NCBI RefSeq assembly: GCF_006345805.1
Contig: NC_043008.1
Location: 14,012,001 to 14,076,000 of the forward strand
DNA: 64,000 bases
Source: Octopus sinensis
Lineage: Eukaryota
Reading direction: 5' to 3'
This document shows positions 62,703 to 64,000 of the stretch, one piece after another (the first letter of the stretch is position 1; each line of letters begins with the position of its first letter). The notes beneath the pieces are model-generated. The model saw only the letters and a list, made by a program, of their open reading frames with translations, was not told the DNA's origin and did not search any database. A program made the translations under genes and the position numbers.

Positions 62703-62849
62703 TTGGTTGTAGTGTTTGTCATTTGAGACCATATTTCTCTTATTAAAATTATAAATTATTTCTCTACAGGCTATAATGTTAAACATTATATTTTTCCAAT
62801 GTGCTCAATAATTGATAGGAAGCCATACACTCACACACTCAAATATATA

Positions 62850-63200
<351 letters not shown>

Positions 63201-63384
63201 CTTTTCATCGTGGGACACTATGTAGGTAATATGTAATGCTATAAAAGGTAGTATGCAAATGTTATATTCAAATTACATTTGGGATTAAATTCAATCTATT
63301 TCAAAAATGGCGGCCCTTGCCATTGTTGTATCTGTCTTTTGACGACTGTTGTCGCTCTGACAGATATTTTCTTCTCACTTTTAT

Positions 63385-63591
63385 TTCTCTTTTACTTGTT
63401 TCAGTCATTTGACTGCGGCCATACTGGAGCACCGCCTTTAGTCGAGCAAATCGTCCCCAGGACGTATTCTTTGAAGTCTAGTACTTATTCTATCGGTCTC
63501 TTTTGCCGAACCGCTAGATTACGGGCATGTAAACACACCAGCATCTGTTGTGAAGCGATGTTGGGGAGACAAACACAGGCACCCAAACATT

Positions 63592-63635
<44 letters not shown>

Positions 63636-63680
63636 CATAGACATTTCAGTTTCTGTCAATGAAATCTACTCATAAGTAAC
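63385..63680 (-). mobile_element. SINE family B, 5'-truncated
   Basis: Reverse complement of the tail and central tract. Confidence 0.85.
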
Positions 63681-64000
63681 GCTGTAATTATTAAGAGCCT
63701 TCTCTGATAAGTGGGATTTGGTGAATAAAGGAGTTTGATGATGCCACCCTCATTTGCACCTCCTGCCACGTGGTAGGTTCACCTGGGACTCTCGACACGA
63801 AGAGATCTAGCTTTGATTTGGAAATACTTACATCCACTTAGTGTAGGTCCCTCAAGCTGTTTGGGGGAATATTAAAAAACAGCTGCTTTTATATAAATAT
63901 ATTAGCTATTGTTTTTTTTTTGTACATTAAATTATAATAAAAGCAAATTTTCATTAAACTAAAGGATAACATACTACTTTGTGTAGAGTTCATATTTATT

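Overview
This is a 64-kb, AT-rich, microsatellite-dense animal genomic window. The SINE families and repeat composition point to an octopus or another coleoid cephalopod (inference). No complete protein-coding gene, tRNA, rRNA or CRISPR array can be supported, and nearly all ORFs in the supplied track are microsatellite read-through. The window contains four tRNA-derived SINE families (about 30 copies, some nested), decayed LINEs (two CR1/L2-group, one Tx1/L1), a pogo/Tigger transposase remnant, a textbook non-autonomous Helitron, a gag-knuckle-only element and about ten foldback (inverted-repeat) elements. The main observation is a set of type I hammerhead ribozyme (HHR) motifs with self-complementary stem III, the minimal form known from Penelope-like elements and retrozymes. 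Four are well formed (14228-14281 +, 15152-15214 -, 15721-15783 -, 31479-31572 +) and at least two are decayed. Most cluster at 14.2-15.8 kb inside non-coding elements embedded in (TA)n tracts. Two identical same-strand HHRs would excise a 569-nt RNA. A few isolated candidate exons are reported at low confidence. All analysis was by eye with no database searches. TE boundaries are approximate (about 10-30 nt); motif coordinates were counted directly.
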